The notes beneath the pieces were generated by a model. The model made no database searches. It was not told the origin of the DNA and saw only the letters and a program-made list of their open reading frames with translations. Positions 9,337-19,048 of a stretch of 64,000 nucleotides of DNA are shown here, in pieces. Source of the stretch: an uncultured Peptococcaceae bacterium (GTDB lineage: Bacteria > Bacillota > Dehalobacteriia > UBA4068 > UBA4997); contig CANSKT010000002.1 of the NCBI GenBank assembly GCA_947647555.1, forward strand, positions 12,967 through 76,966. The letters are read 5' to 3'. The translations under genes were made by a program, and so were the position numbers. Each line of letters begins with the position of its first letter. The first letter of the stretch is position 1.

Positions 9337-9475
9337 TTTTTTATAATATTGACAACCAAGACAACAAATTGCATATCCAGCAAACTAAAAATGTGCAAGA
9401 GCGCCGCAGATTTTTTATAATATTGACAACCAAAACAAAAAATTGCACTTTCACCAAACTAAAAATATGCTATTG
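9337..9475. repeat. two tandem ~74-bp direct repeats between convergent genes
   Basis: Copy 1 at 9337-9410 and copy 2 at 9411-about 9475 share about 60 of 74 nt (TTTTTTATAATATTGACAACCAA(G/A)ACAA(C/A)AAATTGCA...CAAACTAAAAAT(G/A)TGC). Confidence 0.7.
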
Positions 9476-10075
9476 CGTATTTTTCACCAAAAAGCTGGCC
9501 AAAAATTCAATCTTGCAGGCCAACTCCAACTCCTCCAGACGATAAAACGCCTGCCGCAGATTAACGCCCCAGGCCACCGAACCATGCGCCTCCAGCAAAG
9601 CGCCGCGATACTGCCGGGCGGCTTCGCCCACAGCCGCGCCAAGCTGTTCCGTGCCCGGTTTGGCAAACGGCAGCAGCGGAATTTCCCCCAAACATTCCGT
9701 AACCTCCGGCAAACAACTGCCCTGCAAGGTACGCCCGGCCGCCGCAAAGGCTGTGGCAAACGGCGAATGAGCATGCACAACCGCCTGTATCTCCGGGTTA
9801 TGCTGATAAATCTGCAAATGCATCGGCAATTCTGAAGTTGGTTTCAAACCCGGCGCGGCCACATTAGGCAGCATATGCCCCTGCATATCAACCAGCAGCA
9901 AATCAGCCGCCGTCAGTTCGCCCTTGGAACGCCCGGCCGGTGTTACCAGAATTTCATTTTCATTCAAACGTATGCTAATATTACCGTCGTGCCCGGCTAT
10001 CATGCCGTTCAACAGCAAACGGCGGCCGACCTCAACAATTTCCGCAGCAGCAGCCGTCAGAGTAAATTGCTTCAT
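9470..10075 (-). CDS. class II aldolase/adducin-family protein (MtnB-like methylthioribulose-1-phosphate dehydratase or fuculose-phosphate aldolase-like)
   Basis: Class II aldolase motifs (GHDGNISIR, HAHSPFATAF). Adjacent to mtnA. Confidence 0.7.
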   Translation of the reverse strand: MKQFTLTAAAAEIVEVGRRLLLNGMIAGHDGNISIRLNENEILVTPAGRSKGELTAADLLLVDMQGHMLPNVAAPGLKPTSELPMHLQIYQHNPEIQAVVHAHSPFATAFAAAGRTLQGSCLPEVTECLGEIPLLPFAKPGTEQLGAAVGEAARQYRGALLEAHGSVAWGVNLRQAFYRLEELELACKIEFLASFLVKNTQ

Positions 10076-10140
10076 ATCTACACATCGCTTTCTGTATCAT
10101 TTTATTTTCGGTTTAAGCCGACTAAATATTATATGTCCGT

Positions 10141-11229
10141 TTACAGCTTTTTAGAACCACCAATAACCTTAAACATAGCCGACAAATTTTCCGGATACGG
10201 CGAATAAACCACGCCGCGCTCCGTAATAATGCCGGAAATCAACTCGGCCGGCGTAACGTCAAAGGCCGGATTAAATACATTAATACCCTCCGGCGCCATG
10301 CGCTGGCTGTACCAGAGTTCACAGACCTCCTCCGGCTCTCTCTCCTCAATCACGATACTCTTGCCGTTGCGGCAATCCAAATCAATGGTTGAGCCGGGCG
10401 CCGCCACATAAAAGGGGCGCTTGAAATGGCGCGCCAGAATAGCCAGACCGCTGGTGCCAATCTTATTCGCCACATCACCATTAGCGGCAATCCGGTCTGC
10501 CCCAACAATAACTGCATCAACCCAGCCGCGCGCCAAAACCGTGGCCGCCATATTATCACAAATCAGCGTAACATCAAGACCAGCCTGCTGCAACTCCCAG
10601 GCCGTCAGCCGCGCGCCCTGCAACAGCGGACGGGTTTCATCAACAAAAACGCGCAGGTTCTGCCCTCGCTCCTTTGCCAGATACAGCGGCGCCAAAGCTG
10701 TACCATACTGCACCGCCGCCAGCTGCCCGGCGTTACAATGCGTCAGAACCGCCTGGAAATCAGCCAACAGCGGCTGACCGTTCTCGCCAATCGAACGGCA
10801 ACAGTTAATATCTTCATCACGTATGGCGTTGGCCTCGGCAATCAATGCCGCTTTAACCTCTGTCAGACTGCGCTCCTTATTTTCCAATGCCGTGCGCTTC
10901 AGACGCTCCAAAGCCCAGCCCAGATTAACCGCCGTTGGCCGGGCAGAAGCCAAATAGGCCTTACAGCGGCAAAACTTCTGATAAAACTCGGGAAAATCCA
11001 GCGCCAAAATCCGCCGCGCCGCCAAAGCCAGCCCTCCGGCCGCCGCCACGCCAATCGCCGGCGCGCCGCGCACCGCCAGCGTTTTAATCGCCTGCCAGAT
11101 ATCCTCCAACTCACTTAACTCCAACCAGACCAACTCGTTCGGCAGACGGGTCTGGTCAATCAGGCGCAGCTTGGTTCCCTCGGCATTCAAGGAAACGGTG
11201 CGCCACTGGTTATTATCTATCCTGACCAT
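10141..11229 (-). CDS. mtnA: S-methyl-5-thioribose-1-phosphate isomerase
   Basis: eIF-2B alpha/beta/delta family motifs (RGAPAIGVAAA, VIVGADRIAANGDVANKIGT). Confidence 0.85.
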   Translation of the reverse strand: MVRIDNNQWRTVSLNAEGTKLRLIDQTRLPNELVWLELSELEDIWQAIKTLAVRGAPAIGVAAAGGLALAARRILALDFPEFYQKFCRCKAYLASARPTAVNLGWALERLKRTALENKERSLTEVKAALIAEANAIRDEDINCCRSIGENGQPLLADFQAVLTHCNAGQLAAVQYGTALAPLYLAKERGQNLRVFVDETRPLLQGARLTAWELQQAGLDVTLICDNMAATVLARGWVDAVIVGADRIAANGDVANKIGTSGLAILARHFKRPFYVAAPGSTIDLDCRNGKSIVIEEREPEEVCELWYSQRMAPEGINVFNPAFDVTPAELISGIITERGVVYSPYPENLSAMFKVIGGSKKL

Positions 11230-11274
11230 ATATACACCTCCCAGTTTAACTAAAACATAGTGTCTATCGGCAGT

Positions 11275-12687
11275 TTAACAGTACATTATCAAAATAACAT
11301 CGGGATCGGCCGCTTCAATATATTGCGGCAGATTATCAATATTATAATAACGCAAATCCACCATATAAAGCTTATCCACCATTGTAGAAAGAAACGCGCC
11401 ATACGGCAGACCATAGGAATCCTTAATCAGCAGCACCGTCAGGCCGTCCTCAATGTTCAGATTATCAGCCACTACCGTGGGATAATCCGCGCCCCAATAA
11501 GCACCGTAACGGTTGGTATATACGGAAGGCTCCGTCAGCAATTCCTTGTTAATAATCGTGGTGATAAAATCGCCATAATAAATTGTCAACTCACCGGTAT
11601 GTTGCTTCAACTCCAAATGATATTTGGTATCAAACTTGGGCGTCAGCAGGCAAAAATTGTCCAATCCGGCATAATACGGCCCCACGCGCCGCCCCTGACT
11701 GCCCAAAAAGTTTTCGCCATAATCGGTCACGCGCCAGTTGGCCGGGTCAGTATAAGCGCCGTCCGGGTCCAGCTCCCAGCCAAAAAGTTCCTCCAGTTCC
11801 TGCACAGTGCGCCCAACCGCCCAAAGCGCCGTTTCCACACGCCAATGGTGGTCTGTGCGATAAAACATGCGCTCCTTATCCAAATTGTCCTCCTCGGCGG
11901 CCTGCCGCAAATCCAGATACGGCACCTCGGCCGCGTCCAACAGGGCAAAATTCGCCGCCACATTTTCCGCCGAATGGTCATTCAGCGTATCCGGAAATTT
12001 AGTATAGCCGTCAATAAACTTGGTGGGCGGCTGCACATATAAAATCGGAATATCCAACTCCTTAATCGTTTCAATCTCCTGCACAATCTGACGCGGCTGG
12101 GCGGTAAAAGTAATAAATTGCAGCCAGTCATGATTATCCTTAACCACCGAATAAGAATAATCTGCGTCGCGCACAAAATGCTTATCAAGCAGGTTCATTT
12201 CCCAGCCATGCAGTTCTACAAGGCGGTCTTTAAGCGCCATATACTCGGTTGTTCGCTCCTCCCAGTGCTCAACCAGCGCCGCCCCGGCTTCATGCCAGAC
12301 CAAATCCTTTTCCGCCGCCCCATCAGAAACTTTTTCAATCTCTTTATAAAAAACGTCAATATTCAGGATATAGGTGCTGAAGAACATGCCAAAAATAACC
12401 AGCAGAAAAGCCGCCGGCAAAAACCAGCGCTGCTGCGGCGCCGCTTCCGTCTTTTTTGGTTGGAAAATTTTAGCCAAAATATCCGGCAGCGAGGTTGCAA
12501 AAGCCCCGTTATCCACCACCGGACTGTCAATTTCCGGCGTGATTGCTTCGTTTTCCACCACCGGCTCATTATTTTCCGGCGTTATTGCTTCTTCTGCCGC
12601 CACCGGCTCGTCATTTCCCGGCAATTTTTGCATATCATCTGCCACCGGTTTTATCCCCCTTAAACAAAAATCTGCTTTACAATTCAA
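11275..12687 (-). CDS. AlgJ/AlgX/DHHW-like O-acyltransferase partner protein with an N-terminal repeat region
   Basis: Immediately downstream of the MBOAT gene (4-nt gap). N-terminal tandem repeats (PVVENEAITPE-like), one TM segment and a DHHW-like motif (YYRTDHHWR). TTG start is uncertain; the alternative start is the ATG at 12633. Confidence 0.5.
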   Translation of the reverse strand: MNCKADFCLRGIKPVADDMQKLPGNDEPVAAEEAITPENNEPVVENEAITPEIDSPVVDNGAFATSLPDILAKIFQPKKTEAAPQQRWFLPAAFLLVIFGMFFSTYILNIDVFYKEIEKVSDGAAEKDLVWHEAGAALVEHWEERTTEYMALKDRLVELHGWEMNLLDKHFVRDADYSYSVVKDNHDWLQFITFTAQPRQIVQEIETIKELDIPILYVQPPTKFIDGYTKFPDTLNDHSAENVAANFALLDAAEVPYLDLRQAAEEDNLDKERMFYRTDHHWRVETALWAVGRTVQELEELFGWELDPDGAYTDPANWRVTDYGENFLGSQGRRVGPYYAGLDNFCLLTPKFDTKYHLELKQHTGELTIYYGDFITTIINKELLTEPSVYTNRYGAYWGADYPTVVADNLNIEDGLTVLLIKDSYGLPYGAFLSTMVDKLYMVDLRYYNIDNLPQYIEAADPDVILIMYC

Positions 12688-12690
12688 ATA

Positions 12691-14175
12691 TTAAAAATTG
12701 AAGTAAATAAACGGGTTATAGCTGCCCTTGGCCAGCGCGGCCAGCGCCAGCACCAAAACCACCAGCAAAACGCTATCTCGCACTATGCCCAGCGGCGCCC
12801 CCAGCCAGCCCCGGCCAACCTGCACCTTAAAACGCTGACACAGCGATTTAAGCGCCGGCACCAACGGCAGGCAGGCCAGCAGAGCCACCGCCAAATGCAC
12901 ACGGTTCTCCAGCAGCTGGTAAATAAATATCTCATCAGTCAGCGGATTATTATACAAACCGAACATCAGGCCGATATGCTGTAAAGCATAAGGCAAGTCC
13001 GGCGAGCGGAAGATAACCCAGCCGATAATCACCACAAAAAGCGTAAATACATTGCCCACCAGCGGAATTTTAGCCAGCAGCTTATTCAGCCCGGTCAGCT
13101 TCTCCAGCGTCAGGAAACAGAAATAATACAGCCCCCAGACGATAAACGTCCAGTTAGCGCCATGCCAGAGGCCGGTCAGCAACCAAACCAGCAGCAAATT
13201 CAGCACCAGCCGCTGTTTGCTGACCCGGTTGCCGCCCAAAGGAATATAGACATAATCGCGGAACCAGCTGGAAAGCGAGATATGCCAGCGCCGCCAGAAA
13301 TCGGTCACAGAGCGCGCAATGTAGGGATAGTTAAAGTTGGGCAGGAAATGGAAACCGAACATACGCCCCAGACCCAGCGCCATATCTGAATAACCGCTGA
13401 AGTCAAAATAAATTTGCAGCGTATAGCCGATAGCCGCCGCCCAGGCCGCCGCCACCGACATCTCCTGCGCATAAACATAGGTGCCGCTGTCCAGAATTTT
13501 ATCCACAACCAGCGCAAAGTTATTAGCCAACAAAACCTTTTTGCCCAGACCAATAATGAACAACTCCACACCGGCCGCAAAATCCTGCCATTTCTCGCGC
13601 CGGCCGTCAATCTCCGCCGCAATCGTGTTATAACGCACAATCGGCCCGGCAATCAGCTGTGGGAAAAAGGCCACATAAAGGCCAACGTCCAACACGTTTA
13701 AACGCGCCTGCGCCTGACCGCGGAAAACGTCCAGCACATAACTCATACCCTGAAAGGTAAAAAATGAAATACCGATAGGCAGAACAAAACCGGGGTCCTC
13801 CAAATTAAGGCCAAAGACGGAATTCAAATTACTGATTACAAAACCGGAATATTTATAAACCGCCAGCAGCCCCAGGTTAAAGACCAGCATCGCCGCTAAA
13901 TTCAGGCGCGCCGGCCAACGGCCGGCACTATCCCGAAAGGCCGCCGCCAGCAGGCCAAAGGCATAGTTGCCCACAATACAGGTCAACATCAGCAGCACAT
14001 AAAGCGGCTCGCCCCAGGCATAAAAGAACAGGCTCATCAACAGCAAAAAATGATTACGCAACCGGCGCCCCGGCAGCAGATAATATACCAGCAAGGTAAA
14101 TGGCAAAAAAGCGCATAAAAATTCTACACTTGAAAACAGCACGGCAAAAATCCTCTCAATACACAGCCAGACCAT
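12691..14175 (-). CDS. MBOAT-family membrane-bound O-acyltransferase (AlgI/DltB/PatA-like)
   Basis: 494-aa multi-TM protein with MBOAT motifs (FWRRWHISLSSWFRDYVYIPLGGNR) and the conserved His region. Confidence 0.85.
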   Translation of the reverse strand: MVWLCIERIFAVLFSSVEFLCAFLPFTLLVYYLLPGRRLRNHFLLLMSLFFYAWGEPLYVLLMLTCIVGNYAFGLLAAAFRDSAGRWPARLNLAAMLVFNLGLLAVYKYSGFVISNLNSVFGLNLEDPGFVLPIGISFFTFQGMSYVLDVFRGQAQARLNVLDVGLYVAFFPQLIAGPIVRYNTIAAEIDGRREKWQDFAAGVELFIIGLGKKVLLANNFALVVDKILDSGTYVYAQEMSVAAAWAAAIGYTLQIYFDFSGYSDMALGLGRMFGFHFLPNFNYPYIARSVTDFWRRWHISLSSWFRDYVYIPLGGNRVSKQRLVLNLLLVWLLTGLWHGANWTFIVWGLYYFCFLTLEKLTGLNKLLAKIPLVGNVFTLFVVIIGWVIFRSPDLPYALQHIGLMFGLYNNPLTDEIFIYQLLENRVHLAVALLACLPLVPALKSLCQRFKVQVGRGWLGAPLGIVRDSVLLVVLVLALAALAKGSYNPFIYFNF

Positions 14176-14289
14176 AAGGCCAGGCCAGGTTTAGGCCTAA
14201 AAAGGCTCGTACTAATTATTTTACACTTTAATTAAAAAAAATACAACACTCAACCCCGAATTTTCCCCAACTTTTTTTCTTTTCAGACA

Positions 14290-15867
14290 TTATTTTTGCC
14301 CACTGTTTTTAGAATTACCTTTGGCGTCCGTATGAGCCGCAACATTTTTGCGCTCCAGCCGTTTAACCTCCAACTCAAACCAGAAACAGCTGCCCAGACC
14401 CTCTGTGCTTTCCACACCATACGCGCCGCCATGCAAATCCAGAATATTCTTCACAATCGCCAGCCCCAAACCATTGCCGGCATGCGTGCGCTGATGATTG
14501 GCGCTGCCCTTGTAATAACGCCGCCAAATATCCTTAATCTGTTCCGGCGCAATGCCCTCGCCGGTATCAATAACCTCAATGCGTACCCGGCTGCCGTGGT
14601 GCAGCAGCAGCTGGCGTATCGTCACCAGCTTATCCGCGCCGGTATAGGTTACGGCATTGTTAATCAGATTATAAATAACCTGCGTCAGCTTTATTTCGTC
14701 AGCCTCCACCCACAGACGCGCCGTTGGCTGAAAATCAATCGTATAGCCCTCCGTCGCCATCAGCTTGTTAAAACGCACGATAATGCTCTGAATTAACTCC
14801 GTTAACTCAAACTCATGCGGCTCCAGCTTAATTGCCCCGGCCTGTAATTTGGACATATCCAGCAAATCACTAACCAGTACGGAAAGGCGCTCCGTTTCAT
14901 CAATGATTACCTGCACATTTTCCGGCGTGTTCTCCCCCGGCAAATCACGCATAGCCTCGCTATATGCCGTAATCAGCGTCAGCGGCGTGCGCAAATCGTG
15001 TGAAATGTTGGCAATCAAATCCTTTTGCAGCTGCTCGGTTTTGGCCAACTCCACCGCCGCATAGTTCAATGAGTCGGCCAGCTGTTTAATCTCCTTATCA
15101 GCATGCGGCACGCTGAAATCCAGCTCAAAATCACCCTGCGCCAACCGCCGGGAAAGTTTGTTGATATGAATAATCGGCCGCGAGATATGCCCGGCCAGCA
15201 CCAAAGCCATGAAAAAGCCCAGCAGCATCATAACGCCGGTCAGCAGAATAAGCTGCAAACGCAACGTGCTGACGGTGGAATCCAGCGGCGCAATATTGCC
15301 GTTAATCATAACAGCATAACGGCCGCCGTCCTCCGGCGTATCCACCAGCTGCACAGAAACCAGCATCGTAGGCGTATCATAATTATGCTTCAGCGCGCCG
15401 ATAATACTCCGGAAACGCTTGCCTAAAAGCAGCGCCAGTTCATTATCCGACGTTTGCTCCGGCCCAAAATCCAATTCATAAAAGACATTGCCCTCATTAT
15501 GCTCCGCCGCCAGCGCCAAAATCATCACTTCATCAGCCGTCAACTCATGAATAATGCACATGCCGGCCACGTCCACACTTTGTGCGCGCAGATTAAGACC
15601 GTCATAAGAGTCCAGCTTGGCCACCAGCACGCAAAGATAATTGTTGCGCGCCGCAGAAAACATCAGGCCGCCCAAATCATCACTGCCAAAACCGTTGGTT
15701 TGCAGGCTCTGACATAATTCCGCGGAAACCCGATGAATGGCGTTGGTTTTAACCTTTTTATAAATTGTATCCAGAAAAACCGTTTGCACCAGCCAAAGCA
15801 GCACCAGCATAATCAGGGAAAAAAGCATAAAATAGGCAAAAATCCGCCATTTTATGCCGCCGCGCAT
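14290..15867 (-). CDS. sensor histidine kinase (TM + HAMP + HisKA + HATPase_c)
   Basis: H-box (SHDLRTPLT), N/G boxes (NLINNAVTYT, GNGLGLAIV). Start chosen at MRGGIKW with a GAGGAAAG RBS. The longest ORF extends to 15942. Confidence 0.8.
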   Translation of the reverse strand: MRGGIKWRIFAYFMLFSLIMLVLLWLVQTVFLDTIYKKVKTNAIHRVSAELCQSLQTNGFGSDDLGGLMFSAARNNYLCVLVAKLDSYDGLNLRAQSVDVAGMCIIHELTADEVMILALAAEHNEGNVFYELDFGPEQTSDNELALLLGKRFRSIIGALKHNYDTPTMLVSVQLVDTPEDGGRYAVMINGNIAPLDSTVSTLRLQLILLTGVMMLLGFFMALVLAGHISRPIIHINKLSRRLAQGDFELDFSVPHADKEIKQLADSLNYAAVELAKTEQLQKDLIANISHDLRTPLTLITAYSEAMRDLPGENTPENVQVIIDETERLSVLVSDLLDMSKLQAGAIKLEPHEFELTELIQSIIVRFNKLMATEGYTIDFQPTARLWVEADEIKLTQVIYNLINNAVTYTGADKLVTIRQLLLHHGSRVRIEVIDTGEGIAPEQIKDIWRRYYKGSANHQRTHAGNGLGLAIVKNILDLHGGAYGVESTEGLGSCFWFELEVKRLERKNVAAHTDAKGNSKNSGQK

Positions 15868-15957
15868 TCTGCTGCTTTCCTCAACGGAATTTACTTTGTA
15901 CTTAAATGTTTTACGTTTTCTTTTCAGCTTAAATTTTTCCATGGTATTCTATCTTTT

Positions 15958-16662
15958 TTATTCCGTTTTGCTCTCAAAGCGATAACCCACGCCGCGCAGT
16001 GTTACAATGCACTTGGCATACGCTCCCAGGCTTTTGCGCAGCAGCTTGATATGCGTATCCAGCGTGCGGTCGTCGCCATAATAATCATAACCCCAGATTT
16101 CTGTGATAATCTTTTCCCGGGTTAAAGCCCGGCCGCGGTTCTGCACCAGATAAAAAAGCAAATCATACTCCTTGGGCGACATATTGCGCCGCTCACCGTC
16201 AACATAAACCAATCGCGCCGAAAAATCAATACACAAACCGCCCATCTGCAAAACCTCATGCTCCACAGTGCTCTCCTGCTGCGCAGCCGCTTTCTGGCTG
16301 CCGGCGCGGCGCAGGATAGCGTCAATCCGCAACATCAACTCGCGCGGTGAAAACGGCTTCACCACATAATCATCACCGCCGGCTTCAAAGCCATGTATGC
16401 GGTCATATTCCTCGCCGCGCGCAGACAGCATCAACATCGGCACGTCACGCATTTTCCGGATTTCCCGGCAGGCGGAAAAACCGTCTAATTCCGGCATCAT
16501 AATATCCATCACAATCAAATCAACATCAGCATTGGCCCGACAATAGTCGATTGCCTCCATGCCGTTGGCGGCCTCAGCCACTTCATAACCCTCAAACTGA
16601 GCATATTTTTTAATAATCTGACGAATACCAGCTTCATCGTCCACAATCAGCAGCTTGGTCAT
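15958..16662 (-). CDS. OmpR-family response regulator
   Basis: Receiver domain (LLIVDDE...DLIVMDIMMPELDG) plus a winged helix (TLRGVGYRF). Confidence 0.9.
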   Translation of the reverse strand: MTKLLIVDDEAGIRQIIKKYAQFEGYEVAEAANGMEAIDYCRANADVDLIVMDIMMPELDGFSACREIRKMRDVPMLMLSARGEEYDRIHGFEAGGDDYVVKPFSPRELMLRIDAILRRAGSQKAAAQQESTVEHEVLQMGGLCIDFSARLVYVDGERRNMSPKEYDLLFYLVQNRGRALTREKIITEIWGYDYYGDDRTLDTHIKLLRKSLGAYAKCIVTLRGVGYRFESKTE

Positions 16663-17184
16663 GGCATCTCACCCCTAAATTTATTTATATTCATTATTAA
16701 TTATAACATAAGCCCGGGCATAACAAAAGACCAGATTTTACTGGTCTTCTGTTATAGTTGTATAGGACTTGGTTATAATGATGAAAAAGTTATTTTTAAT
16801 CAGAAAAGTTTACAAAAAAATGAAGAATAAGTTGGTTCTTTTAATCAAGTTTCTTTAGTTTCAGTTCTTTTTAAGTTTCTTTTGTTTTTTAGTTGGTTTT
16901 TAATTTTCAGTTATGTTTATTTTTGGTTTTCTTTTTTATTCGCTACGCGCCACCTCCTTAAATCGGCCGGCGGATTATAGTTTGTTGCCGGCGCTCTATA
17001 CACTCACAAGCTACGAGTATATAATAATATATCTATGTGAAGTTTATATGAACAGAAAGTGTTTTTTGGGAAAATTTTTCTGGCACTTGACATTTCCGAA
17101 TTTTTTTATTAAACTAATAACACGCTTAATACTCTTTATATTTATTAAAGCCTAAGCGAAATGTAGAAAGGAAGTATGGTAGAA

Positions 17185-18198
17185 ATGATTGTAATTTTAA
17201 AACAAAACGCCGGACAAACACAGGTACAGCAGCTGATTAAGGATTTTGAGGCTCAGGATTTAACTATCCATTTCAGTCAGGGCGCCAACACCACCATTTT
17301 GGGTCTGGTTGGCGATACCGCCCACCTGGACATGGAAAAAATTCTTACCAATGATATTGTGCGCGATGTGCGCCGCATTTCAGAGCCTTATAAAGCCGCC
17401 AGCCGCAGCTTTCACCCCCAGGATACGATTGTGGAGGTGAGCGGCGTTAAAATCGGCGAGGGCACCTTTACAGTAATCGCCGGCCCCTGTTCGGTGGAAA
17501 GTCAACAGCAAATGGAAACCGTGGCGGCTTCAGTTAAAGCCAGCGGAGCCGCTTTTCTGCGCGGCGGCGCTTTCAAACCCAGAACCAGTCCCTATTCTTT
17601 TCAGGGGCTGGAAGACGAAGGTATTCGTCTGCTGCTGGCCGCCAAAAAAGCCACCGGTCTGCCTATCGTGACGGAAATCATGAGCGAAACCCAGCTGGAC
17701 GAGTTCGCCGATGTGGACGTTATTCAGGTGGGCGCGCGCAACATGCAAAATTTCCGTCTGCTCAAGGAACTTGGCCACTGCGACAAGCCTATCCTGCTGA
17801 AACGCGGACTGGCCAACACGATTGAGGAGTTGCTGATGAGCGCCGAATATATTCTGGCCGGCGGCAATGAAAAGGTCATTCTCTGTGAGCGCGGTATTCG
17901 CACCTTTGAAACCTGTATTCGCAACAATCTGGATATTTCGGCTATCCCGGTATTGAAAAAGCAGTCGCATCTGCCGGTAATCGTTGATCCCAGCCATGCG
18001 GCCGGCAATACCTGGCTGATTGAACCGCTGGCCCGGGCGGCGCTGGCCGCCGGTGCGGACGGGTTGATGATTGAAGTGCATAACAACCCCAAAGCCGCCC
18101 TCTGCGACGGCGCGCAGAGTCTGGATTTGCCACAGTTTGCCGCTATTATGGACGATATTAAAAAACGCGTGGCTTTTGAAGGCAAACAACTACAATAA
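17185..18198 (+). CDS. aroF: 3-deoxy-7-phosphoheptulonate (DAHP) synthase, type I-beta with an N-terminal ferredoxin-like regulatory domain
   Basis: DAHPS/KDO8PS TIM-barrel motifs (GPCSVES, KPRTSPYSFQG, DPSHA) and an ~70-aa N-terminal extension as in Thermotoga-type DAHPS. Start at MIVILKQ. Confidence 0.85.
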   Translation: MIVILKQNAGQTQVQQLIKDFEAQDLTIHFSQGANTTILGLVGDTAHLDMEKILTNDIVRDVRRISEPYKAASRSFHPQDTIVEVSGVKIGEGTFTVIAGPCSVESQQQMETVAASVKASGAAFLRGGAFKPRTSPYSFQGLEDEGIRLLLAAKKATGLPIVTEIMSETQLDEFADVDVIQVGARNMQNFRLLKELGHCDKPILLKRGLANTIEELLMSAEYILAGGNEKVILCERGIRTFETCIRNNLDISAIPVLKKQSHLPVIVDPSHAAGNTWLIEPLARAALAAGADGLMIEVHNNPKAALCDGAQSLDLPQFAAIMDDIKKRVAFEGKQLQ

Positions 18199-18202
18199 AA
18201 GA

Positions 18203-18240
18203 AACAACCTCCGGCTTTTACGCTGGAGGTTGTTTTATTA
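18203..18240 (+). terminator. rho-independent terminator after aroF
   Basis: AACAACCTCC...GGAGGTTGTT hairpin followed by TTTATT. Confidence 0.6.
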
Positions 18241-18243
18241 TCT

Positions 18244-18663
18244 TTAATATTTTCTACGAATTTGCATAAGCCGAAAAACGTCGTTAAACATATCGTCCTG
18301 GTCTTCCAAATCAATCATAAGCCATTTTTGCCCGTTATTTTCCTGGGTTCGGTTATATATAGCCTGCAATTCCGGCGTTAATTCCGATAATATCGTTTCC
18401 ACCGGCTCCTTTTCTTTTCTGCCGACCACCAGCATTACAGTAAAATAAAGTTCATGCGGATAGATTGTGCACAATGCCCGGCCAGCTTTTTTAAATTTAA
18501 CATTCCAGCCCTTTGCCAGACTGCATGAACTAAATTCTATCTTTTCATTGCATTGATACCTGTTTTTAACCTCCGCACAAAACTGCATAAAAACCGGATT
18601 TCGCACATAATCCCCGATTTCGGTCAAATCCGGGCAAATATTCTTATTTTCCAAATCAATCAC
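18244..18663 (-). CDS. hypothetical protein (possibly DUF3788-like)
   Basis: 139-aa ORF with protein-like composition. The family assignment is from memory only. Confidence 0.4.
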   Translation of the reverse strand: MIDLENKNICPDLTEIGDYVRNPVFMQFCAEVKNRYQCNEKIEFSSCSLAKGWNVKFKKAGRALCTIYPHELYFTVMLVVGRKEKEPVETILSELTPELQAIYNRTQENNGQKWLMIDLEDQDDMFNDVFRLMQIRRKY

Positions 18664-18704
18664 TATACAAAATCACTCCTTAATCTGATTTAAGGCCAGG
18701 CAAA

Positions 18705-19037
18705 TCATTTTCCTGATTTCTGAGCATATTCCGCTTCTGCTTTGGCTTTCTCCGCCTGCACACGCCGCTCCAGCCGGCACAAATCGGCATACAGCATATA
18801 AAAGGAATAGAAAATCACCAGCACGATAATAGCCGCCGCACCCAAACCAGTACCGCCCAGCCAATGTTTATCGACCCAGCCGCCCAGCCAGATACCAAGG
18901 AAACCCACGCGCACGGCAAAGCTAAGGCCAAAACCCAGCATCAACTGCCAGGAGGCATTAGCCGCCGCGCGCTGCGCACTGCGCACCTTTTTCTCCAACT
19001 CCTGCCGGCTGTTATTATTCTCTTTAGCCTCGCGCAT
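18705..19037 (-). CDS. small two-TM membrane protein (AtpZ/AtpI-like?)
   Basis: 110 aa with two hydrophobic helices and a charged C-terminus. The family call is tentative. Confidence 0.4.
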   Translation of the reverse strand: MREAKENNNSRQELEKKVRSAQRAAANASWQLMLGFGLSFAVRVGFLGIWLGGWVDKHWLGGTGLGAAAIIVLVIFYSFYMLYADLCRLERRVQAEKAKAEAEYAQKSGK

Positions 19038-19048
19038 AACAGCCGCCC

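Noticed and set aside
9337-9475. CRISPR array
   Set aside because: There are only two long (74-bp) imperfect direct repeats, with no spacer structure and no cas genes.
16913-17155. 80-aa ORF in the T-rich aroF leader
   Set aside because: Its Phe/Leu/Ile-rich translation comes from a T-rich non-coding region. It has no RBS.
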